From Paragordius varius (Eukaryota > Animalia > Nematomorpha): 64,000 bases of DNA. The stretch covers positions 3,348,001 through 3,412,000 of the forward strand of contig OZ176050.1 of NCBI GenBank assembly GCA_964247055.1, given 5' to 3'. The notes beneath the pieces are model-generated. The model was not told the DNA's origin and searched no databases. It saw nothing but the letters and a program-made list of their open reading frames with translations. The position numbers were made by a program, and so were the translations under genes. This document shows, one piece after another, positions 11,995-26,231 of this stretch; position 1 is the stretch's first letter; each line of letters starts with the position of its first letter.

Positions 11995-14789
11995 TTAAAT
12001 CACTGGTAAGGGCCAAAATCAAAAGCGTCATGATAATCCTGATTTCCATTAGAATAGATATATTTCATCAGGATATACCACCCCCCTCCTCCGGTTTTGG
12101 AAGTAGTGTAATTAATATACATACGACAATTAAGAATATTTTAATCCAAAATTTTAAGGTGATATAAATGTTAGCATCATAGAATTATATAGAAAAAATG
12201 GTTTAATTTCTTAAACTCTTATATACACTTTTCATCATGCCTCATAGTATGAATTAAGTAAAAAAATATTGCTATAAATTAAATGTTAAAGTCAATTATC
12301 TATTTTTCCAAAATAACTTTTTTATGTTAAAATTAGTATATATATATATATATATATATCTAATTTTTATAACTCAATCTCAGAATTGCGTTTGTTTATT
12401 TTAGACTTTTGAACCACATCTAAAAAATAAAATTTATGTGGTGGAGGATATATTTTAGTGATTTTTTTGGGAGCATATAGATTTTACTAAAAAAATGGCA
12501 AAATAGGCCCAAATTTTGCCATGGAGCAGTTACTCGAGTGCAAATAACTTTTTCATCACTATGATTCTGATGCATTTTCTTTTAGAATATATATTTAATA
12601 TATGATTTAGACCCTAGATTTTGTGCGCAGTGTGTCCCAAAGTTTTGCTATATAGAGCTTATAAGAGGTTTAAGTTTATGAAATCATCCTCAAGCCCAAG
12701 ATTATATAAGGATGTATTTATTCATCAAACCTGTATTCATATGGGCGGTTTTTCTAGCCCGTAATCTCTCATTCCATCCGAGACTTCTTATAGGGCCACA
12801 TTTCCGAAAAATACAAAATATAATTTGTTATTTATTTTCGACATTGAAATATGTGTGAGTGTAAACATTAAATATATTTGTGATTTTCCGATATTAATTT
12901 TAAAGGTTATGGTCAACACAAAAATATATCACTTGATTGAATTTTATGATTCAATATGTTTGGAGGCGTTGGAAAAATACAATTTTTTCTTAATGATTTT
13001 ACCAAGGAATTAACCATGTTTATTGTTTTAAAACCACGTGCACATTTTGGCAAACAGGAGTAATGACAACGTATTCTTTTAAAAAAATAATAATTAATTA
13101 ATTTTTTATATCCATAGCCGTTTTTAGAAGTTAGGATGGATCGCTCGCTACATATATGTCAGAAATTGTGTCAATTTATTCTTAATCAAATAATTTGGCT
13201 AAATTTAGGTAATGATTGGCAAATATGCACTATTAAATTGTAATTATATAAATTAAATTAGTGATGCATCATATTTTATATGGTATTCTAACATAATGAT
13301 GCCTATGTGTTATCATATCTTTCCCGCTGGCTTTGAGTCAAAAATGCGACCTGGTTGAGCATTTCAATTCAGTAATATTTTCTATTTTTTTCCAATTTTT
13401 TGGGATTTTTTTGGGGAAAATGCGAATAATTATTTTGAGAAATTATTTTTATTACAAATAATAACATATAACCTATCTAAATTGAGATTATTTTGGCCTA
13501 CAGAATGGGCGGAAAATAATTTATTTATTAATTTATATCAATTGAATATGCATTGTTTAGCATGATCACTACATATTGTTTCTAAGAGATAATATATCTG
13601 AAACACCTATTTTTAATTGATAAGATTAAATAAGGTTAATCATATTATTTGAACTATAAATAACGGTTTGGTCTTGATCTCAAAATCAGGTTTGATACAT
13701 ATAAAAAGATATTATTTCATATTTATTACGGTTTTCTCTCATTAACTATAATTATCCATCTTTCGGTAAGACTGGAATTCAACGGCTAGGTGCATCGAAA
13801 ATTATGTTTTTGTATCTGATGGGATGTAAAACAATATGGTAAATAATACATAAACAGCATGCACATTTATGCTGGCTTATTCTCATTATTGTTGGCCGAT
13901 TGGCAGTACAGTAGTGTATGGGTTAAAATAAAAGGTAGAATTAAAACATTTTTTTTTCTTTTATTAATTATGGACAAATTTTTTTGAATAATATGAATAG
14001 GCCAACATAAATGTGCATTATGTATTGAAAACGAGAAGTAAGGTTATTTGTCTTAAAATACAGTCTTACACTGATATTTTTTCTTTTATTAAGCCTTAAA
14101 ATTTCGACAATGAGAAAAAAATTATAATAACACTTCATGACCTTTTGGGTTAGTTATATACCCTAAGGTTATTTAAAATTTAATCCTCTAAATATTTTTA
14201 ATACTGGGTCAAATTTAAAAATAGGTTATCTTTAGCCTTTAACGCGCCTGATCTTTAAAAAAAATGCAAAATTGCAAAAAAAATTTCAAATTTTTTAATC
14301 ATTTTTTATCTTTTGGACCTTTAAAATCACCAATACAATAGACAAATAAATGAATATTATGTGTCAAAAGTGTAAATATATAACTTTCGAAAGCTTTTTA
14401 ACATTCCTCCAGCAAATATTTTATATTAATAGATTTTCATACTAATTTATCAAGTATCTTTTGGTATCAGATTTCGGAATTATAAATGTTAATTAACTGC
14501 AAATATTATAGTTTTTATCTAATACAGGAGAAGAGGATTTAATAATTAAATTTAAACAACTTCACTATATTATGTTTACGACTTTAAGCTCTGGGATAGA
14601 AACTACCCAAAAATGCCATCGTGAACAAAAAAAGAATGTAATGAAATGTTTATCCATTGTAACACATGGGTACTGATTGTTTGGTTAATTAATATACAAA
14701 TCTGGATCTTTGTTTATATTAATCTCGCTAAGTTTTCTTTTTCTTTTTAATAAAAATACTCGGATCAAAATCTTTTTATTCACTTGCGG

Positions 14790-15930
14790 TTTTTTTGTCG
14801 ATTTTTAAATTTGGCGGTCCTCAAAGACTTCGCAAGATGATTCATTGATTAAAAGTGGCATTTTAAGTTGTTTCTTAATTTTTAGATTTGATGTTGCTAA
14901 ATTGTCAGAATTATGGCTGATTTTTGTTTGTTCCATTTTATTTATATCCGAATATGCTGAACAAATTCTTTTTATGCGCATTTGCCTTTAATTACACTTA
15001 TCGTTTTATACTCACCAGAAGCCATCTGGGCTCGGCGGACCCATAAGCTCTATAAGAGGCCCGTTTTAAAAGTGAATTGAATTGATTTTTTTTTTCCAGT
15101 CGATATAATAAATTAAATTTAAAAAATATTAACATTTTATTTTAACTAATTTTAATTATAACCCCATTTGTTTTAGGCGTAAGAACATCCAAAAATATAT
15201 ATTTTGTGAAATAAAACATGACGGTTTATTATATTTGCAGATTCCCCGTTCATATGCATTACATTATTAAACCGCCAACATAATCTAAATGAAGTCGTGT
15301 TTTCGAAATATAAACTTTGCAGAAACAAATGATTCGCCCCTCTCTAACGAAATTCCCCATAACCAAATGGGAGAAGGGGTGTCATCATCACAAGGTGAAA
15401 TATTATTCAATTATTTCTGGAATATGGTGCATACAACAAAAAAACATTTCGAAGAATAAGAGGTTTGAATTTAATCAGGAAAATGTATTTGATATAGATT
15501 TTGGTACAATTATAATTACTTCCCAATATATTCCATAAAGTTATATATTTTGGATGTTCCTCACGCATAAACAAATGGATTTTAACTTTAAAAATAATAT
15601 AATCTTAAAATTTTTTGATAAAATTTAATTACTTATATTTAAAATTAAATAGAAAATCTAATCAAATCGCCTTCTGAGCTATACAAAGTTAACTCCGCCA
15701 ACCCTAGATGACTTTCTGGTGAGCATATCAATGAGGATATGTATGCCTAACGAATTCAAAGCATTTATCAAGCAAATTCTTTGGATAAAGGCAAACAGAG
15801 AGGTAAATACTAAAATCAGCCATAATTCGAAAAATTCAGCAACTCCAATTGTAAAAGGCAAGGAATAACTCAAAATGTCACCTTCAAAAAAGGAATCATC
15901 TTCGGAGCCTCTGGGGACCGCCAAACCGAG
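14790..15930. pseudogene. Head-to-head pair of decayed copies of the MASGE-family exon (minus ~15090-14790, plus ~15660-15930)
   Basis: Both contain ccgcc.a.ccc.agATG.CTT(T)CTGGTGAG followed by aaaatcagccataattc…ga.gaccgccaaa; frames are broken. Confidence 0.65.
15164..15578. mobile_element. MITE-like element with ~37-bp TIRs between the head-to-head exon remnants; duplicate at ~20834-21247
   Basis: ccatttgttttaggcgtaagaacatccaaaaatatat…atatattttggatgttcctcacgcataaacaaatgg. Confidence 0.65.
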
Positions 15931-16654
15931 AATGCACTTTATCAATCTGAAAACCAAAATGAACAAAACCCAAAAATGAATAAAGGAGATTTTGATATGA
16001 TTTGAGCGAAACTCAGTGACTAAAGCTCCAGAATCAGTATATTAATCAGTACTACAATGATAAGTCTTTAATAAAATATATTTTTTGTACAACAATGTGG
16101 ATGGCAAGCTTAATAAGATATAATTATCAACATAACACATATAATATTTTACAGGAAAAAAACAATACATCTTGTTATTATATACAAAAATATGCGCATA
16201 TTTGCAAAGATTACCGCGTTGATTTATGAAAAAGGTTAGTTCAGTGGTGTCCACCCAATATTTTCGCTCATTTTTTTATTTTTGTTTTTTTAATTTATTT
16301 TAAGTCCATTTGATGATAAATTTTTATATAATCGTAAATTTTTGATTGAAATTTAATGTTTTACTTTTTTAACATTTTTAAACTTTTGCGTAGCAAACAA
16401 AGCATGTTGGACATCCCTGGGTTATTTATTTTTTATAATGTTATGGAAAAATATTTTTACTGTTTTAACACAAAAAATCATTCACTTAATGTGCAATGTC
16501 TCTGAGAGCTCAACTATAACCAAAATCATTATTAATATAATATTTAACTCGCAACTCTTAAAGTTATAAATATATTGTACGTATACCATTTTCTAATTAC
16601 AAAAATCGTGAAATAGATGATTCAACGTCTCAATTGCATTATTCAAATCAGATT

Positions 16655-18257
16655 CGTCCCATGAGTCGAACTGATCATCATTGTTGAATCACGTATCGGG
16701 GTTGTAGTTTGAGGGGTAAAGCTGGCATGATTCGATTGATATTGTCGCTGTAATTGATAAACTTCTATCATTAATCTAATACGCCTATTCACTGCATTCC
16801 GTAAAAATTTGTTCAATTTTTGCCTTCTGTTGTTTACTCCGTACATCCCATAACCAATTTCGGTCTACAATTTTATTTCATTTATATATGAATTAAAAAG
16901 TCAACAATAGAGATTATGGTATAAGTGAAAGAAAATTTAAAATTTCCAGTCAATTATTTTACAAATACATATTCAAAATTGTGTCACTCTCGCTTAGATT
17001 TTTTTCCAATTCTGATTTAACAACCATTAATAGTGAACGTCAATATATTAGGAAATATAGAAGATTCTTTAAGGTATTTGAGCGAGTATTATGTTTTTCC
17101 TTCCTAAATTTATTGCATCATGACAATTAATGTACGGAAATTTACAGTATGAACATTTATATTGGCCAATTCACTTCATTGATTGCCAAGTAAAATGGTA
17201 ATACAATAGCATATGATAAAATATATTTTTTTCCAGGGATCATATATTTTTCAACCAGCGTCTGTAATTTAGCTCATGCTGATAACATTTTTCGAACATA
17301 ATCTTCCTTGTTTTTCCATAAAATAAGTTCATTTTGGATGCATCTTTTTCATCGTGCAAATTAAATAAATGTTTTTTAATAAACTCCATATAATATAATT
17401 GATTTTAAATAGGCATCGTCAAATTCCCCAAGACATGATTTGTCGGTATTAAAAATTTTTGAACTAATTTTTAGGGGGCGCAAAATAAAATTAATTTGTA
17501 AATATTAAGTGTTTATTTCAGATATTGTGTTCTAACTATGGTGGAAAAATATTTGATATATTTTATAAATTTGTATGACTCATGTGGAAATGAGAGGTGA
17601 TAAAGTCTATATAAAATTAAAATTTTTAGCTACTTTGAATATTTAACCATATTAAGCACAACCATTCAGTTTAGATTACTAGTGATTAGCATATAAATCA
17701 GTGGGACTCATTAAAGTTGGCAGGCCCCTTTATAATATTTTTTATAGTGCCGGTCACAACATTTATCAATATCGAATACTTGGCTGTTAAAAATATAAAT
17801 ACGTAAAATGACGAGATTATTTTATGTCGGCACTGATTTGATACATAATATTGTGTTATAGGCCGTAATATATACCGCTAATGTAACCTTAAATGATAAA
17901 ATTATAATATTTTTGGGAAATTTGTTGCGGGTAAAAACGGTTTGAAAGCCTTATGCGGCGAATGGGTCGCGGTTCAAGCCCACTGATCTAAATCATATCA
18001 AATACTTTATTTTATTTAAAATATTTTTGAACAATAACACGAATTATAAACGGTGCAAAAAGTGTATTAATTCAGATTTATTTTGGTTTCAAAAAAATTG
18101 TAAAATAACTCTCACAATTGAGATGATTATTAATAATATTTGATTGTACAATCGATTTTAAAAGCGGATATATGTGAAAAATTAAAAATCTAACTTGGTA
18201 TCTTCGATTATGAATTAGTTTCTAAAACAGAAATCTTTTAATTTCGATCAGATGCAT
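16655..18257 (-). pseudogene. Decayed genomic copy of the alpha-spectrin 5' end (exon 1 and exon 4 remnants plus 5' flank)
   Basis: 18257-18195 aligns to exon 1 (ctaacttgg…tttctaaaacag…atttcgat…cat) with frameshift and stop. 16850-16655 aligns to exon 4 (cactgcattccgtaaaaatt, tactccgtac…catcccataac, gtcgaactg.tcatcattg). 18260-18430 matches 9230-9420 upstream of the real ATG. Confidence 0.85.
17699..17985. mobile_element. hAT-type MITE (CAGTGGG…CCCACTG); duplicate at 22649-22933
   Basis: 8-bp flanks atataaat/atctaaat (atttaaat/atctaaat in unit 2). Confidence 0.7.
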
Positions 18258-20489
18258 ATATGAATAATATTTTTATTGTCTTTATGGTCATTTAGCACTA
18301 TATGGTTTAAAATAAAAAAAATAGGGAGATAAACAAAATGCAATTTCAAACAAGTATAGTTCTAAACGACGTTCGTTGTACGAAAAGAATTAACTCACAT
18401 ATTAAGAATGTTCCATACGCAATAAACAAAATTAAACGGGCAAATTAAAATAGATAACCATAAAATAGTTATATTCCGTTAAAATACAGCTACGTATTAA
18501 TGGTGATTTTGTTGAATGGCTTAAAGGGTCGTTAAATTGTGGAGGGAAAATAAAATTAATAAAAACAAAAAATTTATAATACAAAAAAAAACAACATTAA
18601 AAAGTAAAATAAATTTTGACAGTAATAATAACAACCTTACATATTGAATCTTAATTATTATAATTTATTGTAGTTTGAACCCAAAGCCATTTTAAATTTA
18701 ATTTTCAAAAAATAGATTATTTTACCCAATTTAAAAACATGGTTTCCTTCTTTAAGGCGCATGATATTAATTTTTTTAAAATAATTGCAAAATTATAGAA
18801 AAATCTTCATCTCAAACTTTCACCGCCATATTTCGGAGTTTTTAATTATTTGGTAGGAATAAATGTATATTATGTTTTAAAAATGTAAATGATCAACTTT
18901 AAAAAATATCCAGTAACATTCTACCGTTTTGATATTTATAGATTAATCTATCAGCTGTTTGCTTCAATCGTGTTTTTACTATCCGAATTCGGGTAAGAAT
19001 CATCATATTAATAAATTTTATTCTATACAGGATTAGAGGGTTTAATAGTTAATTTTTTATTACAACTTTAAAACAAAAACTACCCCAACATGCCAGCATT
19101 AAATTAAATAAAGTTTTAATTTATTAATAAACTGTTGTTTTTGATTTATGCTACTTGCATCAATTTCAAAATTAAAATACCTTATTTAAAAATTGATAAT
19201 AATACCAACAATTTTGCCTTTTCATAATGTTCAATTCCATATTTATATCTAAAATTCGAATATAAATATTTTCCATCTATTAATTAGATATTCTTAATTT
19301 TTAAAAGTGAGCTAGTTTTTATTGATAACTGGGCTATTGTAATATGTTCAATTTCATAAAATTAACTTGATGTGAACATAATGTTTTTTACTCCAAATCT
19401 ATTCATTGGGAACTAATAAAAATGAATCTGATACATGACAGGCATATAAATTACCCTTTAATCACATGAAATTAATAAATGATCAATAAAAGCTATCTTT
19501 ACATGTTGAAATTAAGCATTCTTTAAATTTATACCATATTCCATCGTAAATAATTTAAATAAAATAAATATATTCACTTTTATAAATTGGACCGATTAAA
19601 AAAACAAAGATCTGAGAAAAGTTTAATTATATAATTAATATAATAACAGTTTGATTTAAATATGGTGACCTTATGCCAATAATTAAACAATTAAAAAAAC
19701 TAAAAAGGGCAGTCCCAATTTAAATTTTTTCTTTGATCTTAATAAAAATATTATGAATAAGCCAAATTATATAATAAAATTTGGTTTTGAAAGTTCCGCA
19801 TCCATTAGTATACGTGTTTTTTGAACTCTATAAATTAAAATTAATTTAAACTTGAGTACAAACATGTCTGCTGTCGATTTAAATTGGGTAGTTGACGAGC
19901 CCAGGTCTGTTATTTTATAATATACATAATGGATGCACTTATAAAACAGGGATGCACCAATGCAAAATTGCACAAAAAAATTTCAAATTTTTTATAAATT
20001 ATTTTTTATGGACCTTTATAATCACCAATACAATAAACAAATATATAAATATTATGTGTCAAAAGTGTAAACATATAACTTTCGAAAACTTTGTAACATA
20101 GCAAATATTTTATATTTATAGATTTTCATACTAATTTATCAAGTATCTTTTGGTATCAGATTTGGGTATTATGAATGTTTATTAACTACAAATATTATAG
20201 TTTTTTATCTAATACAGGAAAAGAGGATTTAATAATTAAATTTAAACAACTTCACTATATTTTGTTTACGACTTTAAGCTCTGGGATAATAATTACCCAA
20301 AAATGCCATCGTGGACAAAAAAGGAATGTAATAAGTGTTTATCCATTGTAACACATGGGTACTGATTTTTTTGGTTAATTAATATACAAATCTGGATCTT
20401 TGTTTATATTTATCTCGCTAAGTAATCTTTTTCTTTTCAAGAAAAATACTCGCAAAATCTTTTTATTCACTTGCGGGTTTTTTTCGATT

Positions 20490-21600
20490 TTAAATTTGGC
20501 GGTCCTCAAAGACTTCGCAAGATGATTCATTGATTAAAAGTGGCATTTTAAGTTGTTTCTCGTTTTTCAGATTTGATGTTGCTAAATTGTCAGAATTATG
20601 GTTGATTTATGTTTGTTCCATTTTATTTATATCCGAATATGCTGAACAAATTCTTTTTATGCGCATTTGCCTATTTAATTACACTTATCGTTTTATACTC
20701 ACCAGAAGCCATTTGGGATTGGCGGACGCATAAGCTCTGTAAGATGCCCCTTTTAAAAGTGAGTTGAATTGATTTTTCATTTCCAGCCGATATTATAAAT
20801 TAAATTTTAGAATAATTAATTTTAATTATAACCCCGTTTGTTTTAGGCGTAAGAACATCCAAAAAAATATATTTTGTGGAATAAAACATGACGGTTTATT
20901 ATATTTGCAGATTCCCCGTTCATATGCATTGCATTATTACACCGCCAACACAATCTAAATGAAGTCGTGTTTTCGAAATATAAATTTTGCAGAAACAAAT
21001 GATTCGCCCCTCTCTAACGAAATTCCCCATACCCAAATGGGAGAAGGGGTGTCATCATCACAAGGTAAAATATTATTCAATTATTACTGGAATATGGTGC
21101 ATTCAACAAAAAACATTTCGTAGAATAAGAGGTTTGAATTTAATCAGGAAAATGTATTTGATATAGATTTTGGTACAATTATAATTACTTCCCAATATAT
21201 TCCATAAAGTTATATATTTTGGATGTTCCTCACGCATAAACAAATGGATTTTGACCTCAAAAATAATATAATCTTAAAATCCTTTTGATAAAAATTAATT
21301 TATTATATTTAAATTAAATAGAAAATCTAATTGAATCGCCATCTGAGCTATACAGAGCTAACTCCGCTAACCCTAGATAACTTCTGGTGAGCATATCAAT
21401 GAGGATATGTATGTCCAACGAATTCCAAAAGCATTTATCTAGCAAATTCTTTGGATAAAAGCAAACAGAGAGGTAAATACTAAAATCAGCCATAATTCAA
21501 AAAATTCAGCAATTCCAATTGTAAAAGGCAAGGAATAACTAAAAATGTCACCTTCAAAAAAGGAAACATCTTCGGAGCCTCTGGGGACCGCCAAATCCAG
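20490..21600. pseudogene. Duplicate head-to-head pair of decayed MASGE-family exons (unit 2)
   Basis: Collinear duplicate of 14790-15930. Confidence 0.65.
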
Positions 21601-22224
21601 AATTCACCTTATCATCCGAAAATCAAAATGAACAAAACCTCATATGGTTTGAAAACTCAGTAATTAAAGCTCCAGAATCATTATATTAATCAGTACTATA
21701 ATGGTAAGTCTTTAATGAACTATATTTTTTGTACAACAATGTGGAATTTTAAGGCAAGCTTATTAGAAAAAATTATCAACGCAACACATAAAAAAAGCAA
21801 TGCATGTTATCATATATAACAGTATGCGCATATTTGCAAAGATTACCGCGTGGATTTATGAAAAAAGTTAGTTCAGTCCACCCAATATTTCGCTCATTTT
21901 TTTATTTTTGGTTTTTTTATTTATTTTAAGTTCAGTAAATTTTTGATTAAAATTTAATGTTTTACCTTTTTAACATTTTTAAAGCACTTTTGCGTAGCGA
22001 ACAAAGCGTGTTGGCCTTCAGTTAGTTATTATTTTGTTACGAAAAAATATTTTTAATGTTCATTAACATAAAAAATCATTCACTCAATGTGCAATGTCTC
22101 TGAAAGCTCAACTATTAACCAAAATCATAATTATAATTAAAGTTATAAATATATTGTACGTATACCATTTTCTAATTACAAAAATCGTGAAATAGATGAT
22201 TCAACATCTCACATGCATTATTCA

Positions 22225-23715
22225 AATCAGATTCGTCCCATTAGTCGAACTGATCATCATTGTTGAATCACGTACGGGTTTAGTTTGAGGAGTAAAGCTG
22301 GCATAATTTGATTGATATTATTATCGCTTGTAGTTGATAAATTTCTATCACTATTCTAATACGCCTTATCACTACATTCCGTAAAAATTTCAATTTTTGC
22401 CTTGTGTTGTTTACTCCGTACATCCCATAACCTATTTCGGTATTCGATTTTAAATTCTAATTTCATTTGTTATCAATTAAAAATAATTATTAAAGATAAA
22501 TGAATTAAAAAATAGTTAAAGAAGAAAACATAGAGAATATTAAAATGTCCATTCAATTATTTTACTAATACAAAATTGTCACTCTAGCTTATTTTTTCCT
22601 CTGAATCTTACAGGTGTTGGAAAAAGGAATATATATTAGCATTTAAATCAGTGGGACTCATCAAAGTTGGCAAGCCTCTTTATGATATTTTTTATAGTGC
22701 TGGTCACAACATATATCAATATCGAATACTTGGCTGTTAAAAATATAAATACGTAAAATGACAGATTATTTTTTCTCATGTTGGCACTGATTTCATACAT
22801 AATATTGTGTTATTGGCCGTAATATATACCGCTAATGTAATATATAATAAAATTATATTTTTGGGAAATCTATTGCGGGAAAAACGGTTTGAGAGCCTTA
22901 TGCGGCGCACGGGTCGCGGTTCAAGTGCCACTGATCTAAATCATATCAAATATACCATTTTCATTTTAAGAGTGTCCTTGAACACTTCAAGTTTGTCATT
23001 TGACTTTTTGTTTTATTTTTAACTTGTATTATCAAATTGTAATACATTCAACTATTTTATCGTTTTTAACCAATTTTCTCTTATTTAACATAAAAATCAA
23101 TACCAACTTTTAATCATTGAGAAACCGTATATCTTTTGATTCCTAAAATTATTATGGATATTTATAAGATTTTAAGACCTAATTAAAAAATACATTATTT
23201 GGGTTATTATTTACAATTTTTCATTAAACACATTTAAAAGTTATTAATTTTGTTAAATTGGAAAAGAATTATGAAACAAAAAAGTCGTTTTTGATGAAAA
23301 TTTTTTATTTTTGAATTAATTAATAAATAAAGAAAATTAAGTAAAAATTAATAAAATAAAAAAATACATGCAAAAATTATGTAAATTAATTTTAATGACC
23401 AACTTGACGAGTTCAAGGACACTCTTGAAGTGCAAATGGCATACTTTATTTTATTAAAAAAAAATTTGCACATTAACACGATTTATAAAGTGTGAAAAAG
23501 TGTATTTATTCAGTTAATTTTGGTATCAATAAAATTGTAAAATATCTCTCATAGATATCGATTATTAATAATTTGTTTCCACAATCAATTTTAAAAGCGG
23601 ATATAAAATATATGCAATTATATATGAATAATTTAAAAAACTAACTTGGGATCGCCTATTATGAATTAGTTTCGAAAACAGGATTTTATTGAATTTTAAT
23701 TTCGATCAGATGCAT
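22225..23715 (-). pseudogene. Second decayed copy of the alpha-spectrin 5' end (duplication unit 2)
   Basis: Exon 1 remnant 23715-23646 and exon 4 remnant ~22433-22225, collinear with the 16655-18257 copy. Confidence 0.85.
22953..23441. mobile_element. TA-target MITE present in duplication unit 2 only
   Basis: Filled site aaa-TA-[taccattt…aaatggca]-TA-ctttatt vs empty site aaa-TA-ctttat at ~18003; related copy at 31727-32227. Confidence 0.85.
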
Positions 23716-25640
23716 ATATCAATAATATCTTTATTGTCTTTATGGTCATTTATTACAATATGGTTTAAAATACCAAAAAAAATAATTCTAAACGACGTTG
23801 GTTGTACGAAAAGAATGAACTCACATATTAAGAATGTTCCAAACGCAATAAACAAAAAACGGACAAATTAAAAAAATAAACATAAAAAGTTATATTCCGT
23901 TAAAATACAGCTACGTATTAATGGTCATTTCGGTGAATGGCTAAAAGGGTGTTTTGGCTTGTATAAGATTTCATTTACATTATTTGCCCTAAAATGGATT
24001 GTGGAGGGAAAATAAAATATATAAAAATAAAAATTATAAAACAAAAAAACAGCCTAAAAGTAAAATAATTTAATAAATAAAACAACCTTACATATTGTAT
24101 AAATCTTAAAATATTATAAATTAATATAGTTTGATATCCCAAGCCATTTTAAATTTAAATGTTTAAAAAATAGTTTATTGTGGGCCAAATTTAAATACAT
24201 GGTTTCTTTCTTTTAGCGCATGGTATTTTGTTAAAATAATTGCAAAATATTATAGAAAAATCTTCATCTGAAACTTTCACCGCCATATTTCGGAGTTTTT
24301 AATTTCATATTTGGTAAGAATAAATGTATATTATATTTTAAAAATGTAAATAATCAACTTTGAAAAATATCCAGTAACATTTTACCATTTTGATATTTAT
24401 AGATTAAAATATCAGCTGTTTGCTTCAATCGTGTTTTTACTATCCGAATTCGGGTTAGAATCATTATAATAATGAATTTTTTCCATACAGGATTAGAAGC
24501 TTTGATAGTTAAATTAAACTTTTAAAACAAAAACTACCCCAACATGCCAGCATTAAATTAAATAATATTTTTACAAAAAATTGTTGTTTTTAATTCTATC
24601 TATGCTACTTGCATCAATTTCCAAATTAAAAACCTTATTTAAAAATTGAAAATAATATTAACAATTTTGCCTTTTCATAATGTATCAATTTAAAATTCGA
24701 ATATAAATATTTTCTATCTATTAATTAAATATTCTTATTAGTTTTAAGTGAGCTACTTTTTATTGATAACTGGGCTATTGTAATATGTTCAATTTCATAA
24801 AATTAACTTGATGTGAACATAATGTTTTTTACTCCATATCCATTCACTGGGTAACTAATAAAAATGAATCTTGGCAGGCATATAAATTACCCTTTAATCA
24901 TATGAAATTTTGAAATGATCAATTATAGCTATCTTTACATGTTGAAATTAAGCATTCTTCAAATTTTTACCAAATTCGATCGTAAATAATTAAAATAAAA
25001 TAAATATATTTACTTTTATAAATTGGACCGATTAAAAAAACATACAGTGAGAGAGGTTTAATTATATAATTTTATAATCATAGTTATTAAAGTATGGCGA
25101 CCCTATGCCGAAATTAAATAGATAAAAAAACTAAAATGGACAGTCCCAATTTAAATTTTTGCTTTTATCTTAATAAAAATATTATGAATAGGCCAAATTA
25201 TATAAATAAAATTTGGTTTTAAAAAGTTCCACATCTAATGTTTTTACAACTTTTTATCTTGTTTTTTAGATTCTAAAAATTAAAATTAATTTAACACTTG
25301 AGTACAAACATGTATGATGTCCCTGTAAATTGGGTAGTTGACGACCCCAGGTCTGTTTAAATCAAATATTTTATAATATATAGAATGTGTATGCACTTAT
25401 AAAACATTGATGCACCCGAAAATTCATTCGAAATGATTTGATGTTTATAACGTTAATTCTGATCGCATTTGAACAATTTGAAATGAGTGCCTTAGCTAAA
25501 TTTATAATTGCTTTATCAATTGATTTAAATGTAAAAAATTATTTAAATCATAAATAATCTTTAATTATATCGGTTAACTTAATATGGTATTTAGATAATT
25601 TGTAAAAATAATAATGGCGTTTACGCATTAACAGGATCCC

Positions 25641-25778
25641 GCTAAATCCCACCTTGTTCTTCTAATAACCAAATGGATCATAGAAATAGATTTAGCCAGT
25701 TTTTTAACTTTAAAAGAAAGAAATCAGGACAAAAAGCTTTGTTAATCAAACAAGATTCAAAGATGTCAGGGATTACAG
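25641..25778 (+). pseudogene. 3' half of a MASGE-family exon (possibly re-initiating at ATG 25673), donor intact
   Basis: After an in-frame TAA it reads IPPCSSNNQMDHRNRFSQFFNFKRKKSGQKALLIKQDSKMSGIT G|gtgtgt, aligning to IQPCSSNQNLNQKIRFMDFFNFKRR--QKSLVNKEATTSAIT G|gt. Confidence 0.6.
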
Positions 25779-26231
25779 GTGTGTTTCATTTATATTTTTT
25801 TGATGCTGGCCAAAGAATGTCTGTTTTTTATGGAGGTCCAAAAAGAAAAACAAAGCCCGTTTAAGTGATAAAGAATTAAAAAAGTTAATTGATATTGCAA
25901 ATCTTGGTATACACGAAAACAACAATATTCGATCGAATAATCAATTTATTTTACCCTCAAGCAAGAAATTTTCTCATGAAATTTACCAAAACCGCCCCCA
26001 GATCAATTCCTTTTACAAAAATCAAAATAATTCCAATGACACTAAAACCATTTGGCAGATTGTTTTTTTTGTTCAAAAAAAAGAAATCAAATATATGTGT
26101 TGGCGACATAATACTCTTGATTGAAATGGCCAAACATCTTGGTATAATTCTGGAATACATCAATATTCTATACTTAGAAAATCCGATATTTTTTCATTTA
26201 CCATAACACACATATATATACATAAATATAT

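Larger units (their letters stand above)
14262..25415 (+). repeat. Direct tandem segmental duplication, units ~14262-19960 and ~19961-25415
   Basis: Collinear anchors: 14262/19961 (tgcaaaattgca), 15030/20708 (gaagccat.tggg), 15717/21377, 16660/22225, 17699/22649, 18195/23646, 19850/25300. Unit 1 has ~650 bp extra (~17020-17680); unit 2 has a MITE at 22953-23441. Confidence 0.92.

Noticed and set aside
16643-16846. 67-aa ORF as a functional spectrin-derived peptide
   Set aside because: It is frameshifted relative to exon 4 over most of its length and is not open in the duplicate at 22225-22433.
17225-17270. Weak resemblance to the spectrin exon 6 acceptor region (cagcgtct…gtaattta)
   Set aside because: Too short, and out of order relative to the exon 1 and exon 4 remnants.
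17960-17985. gggtcgcggttcaagcccactg, resembling a tRNA T-arm (also ~22910-22933)
   Set aside because: No D-arm, anticodon arm or acceptor stem; it is the right end of a hAT-type MITE.
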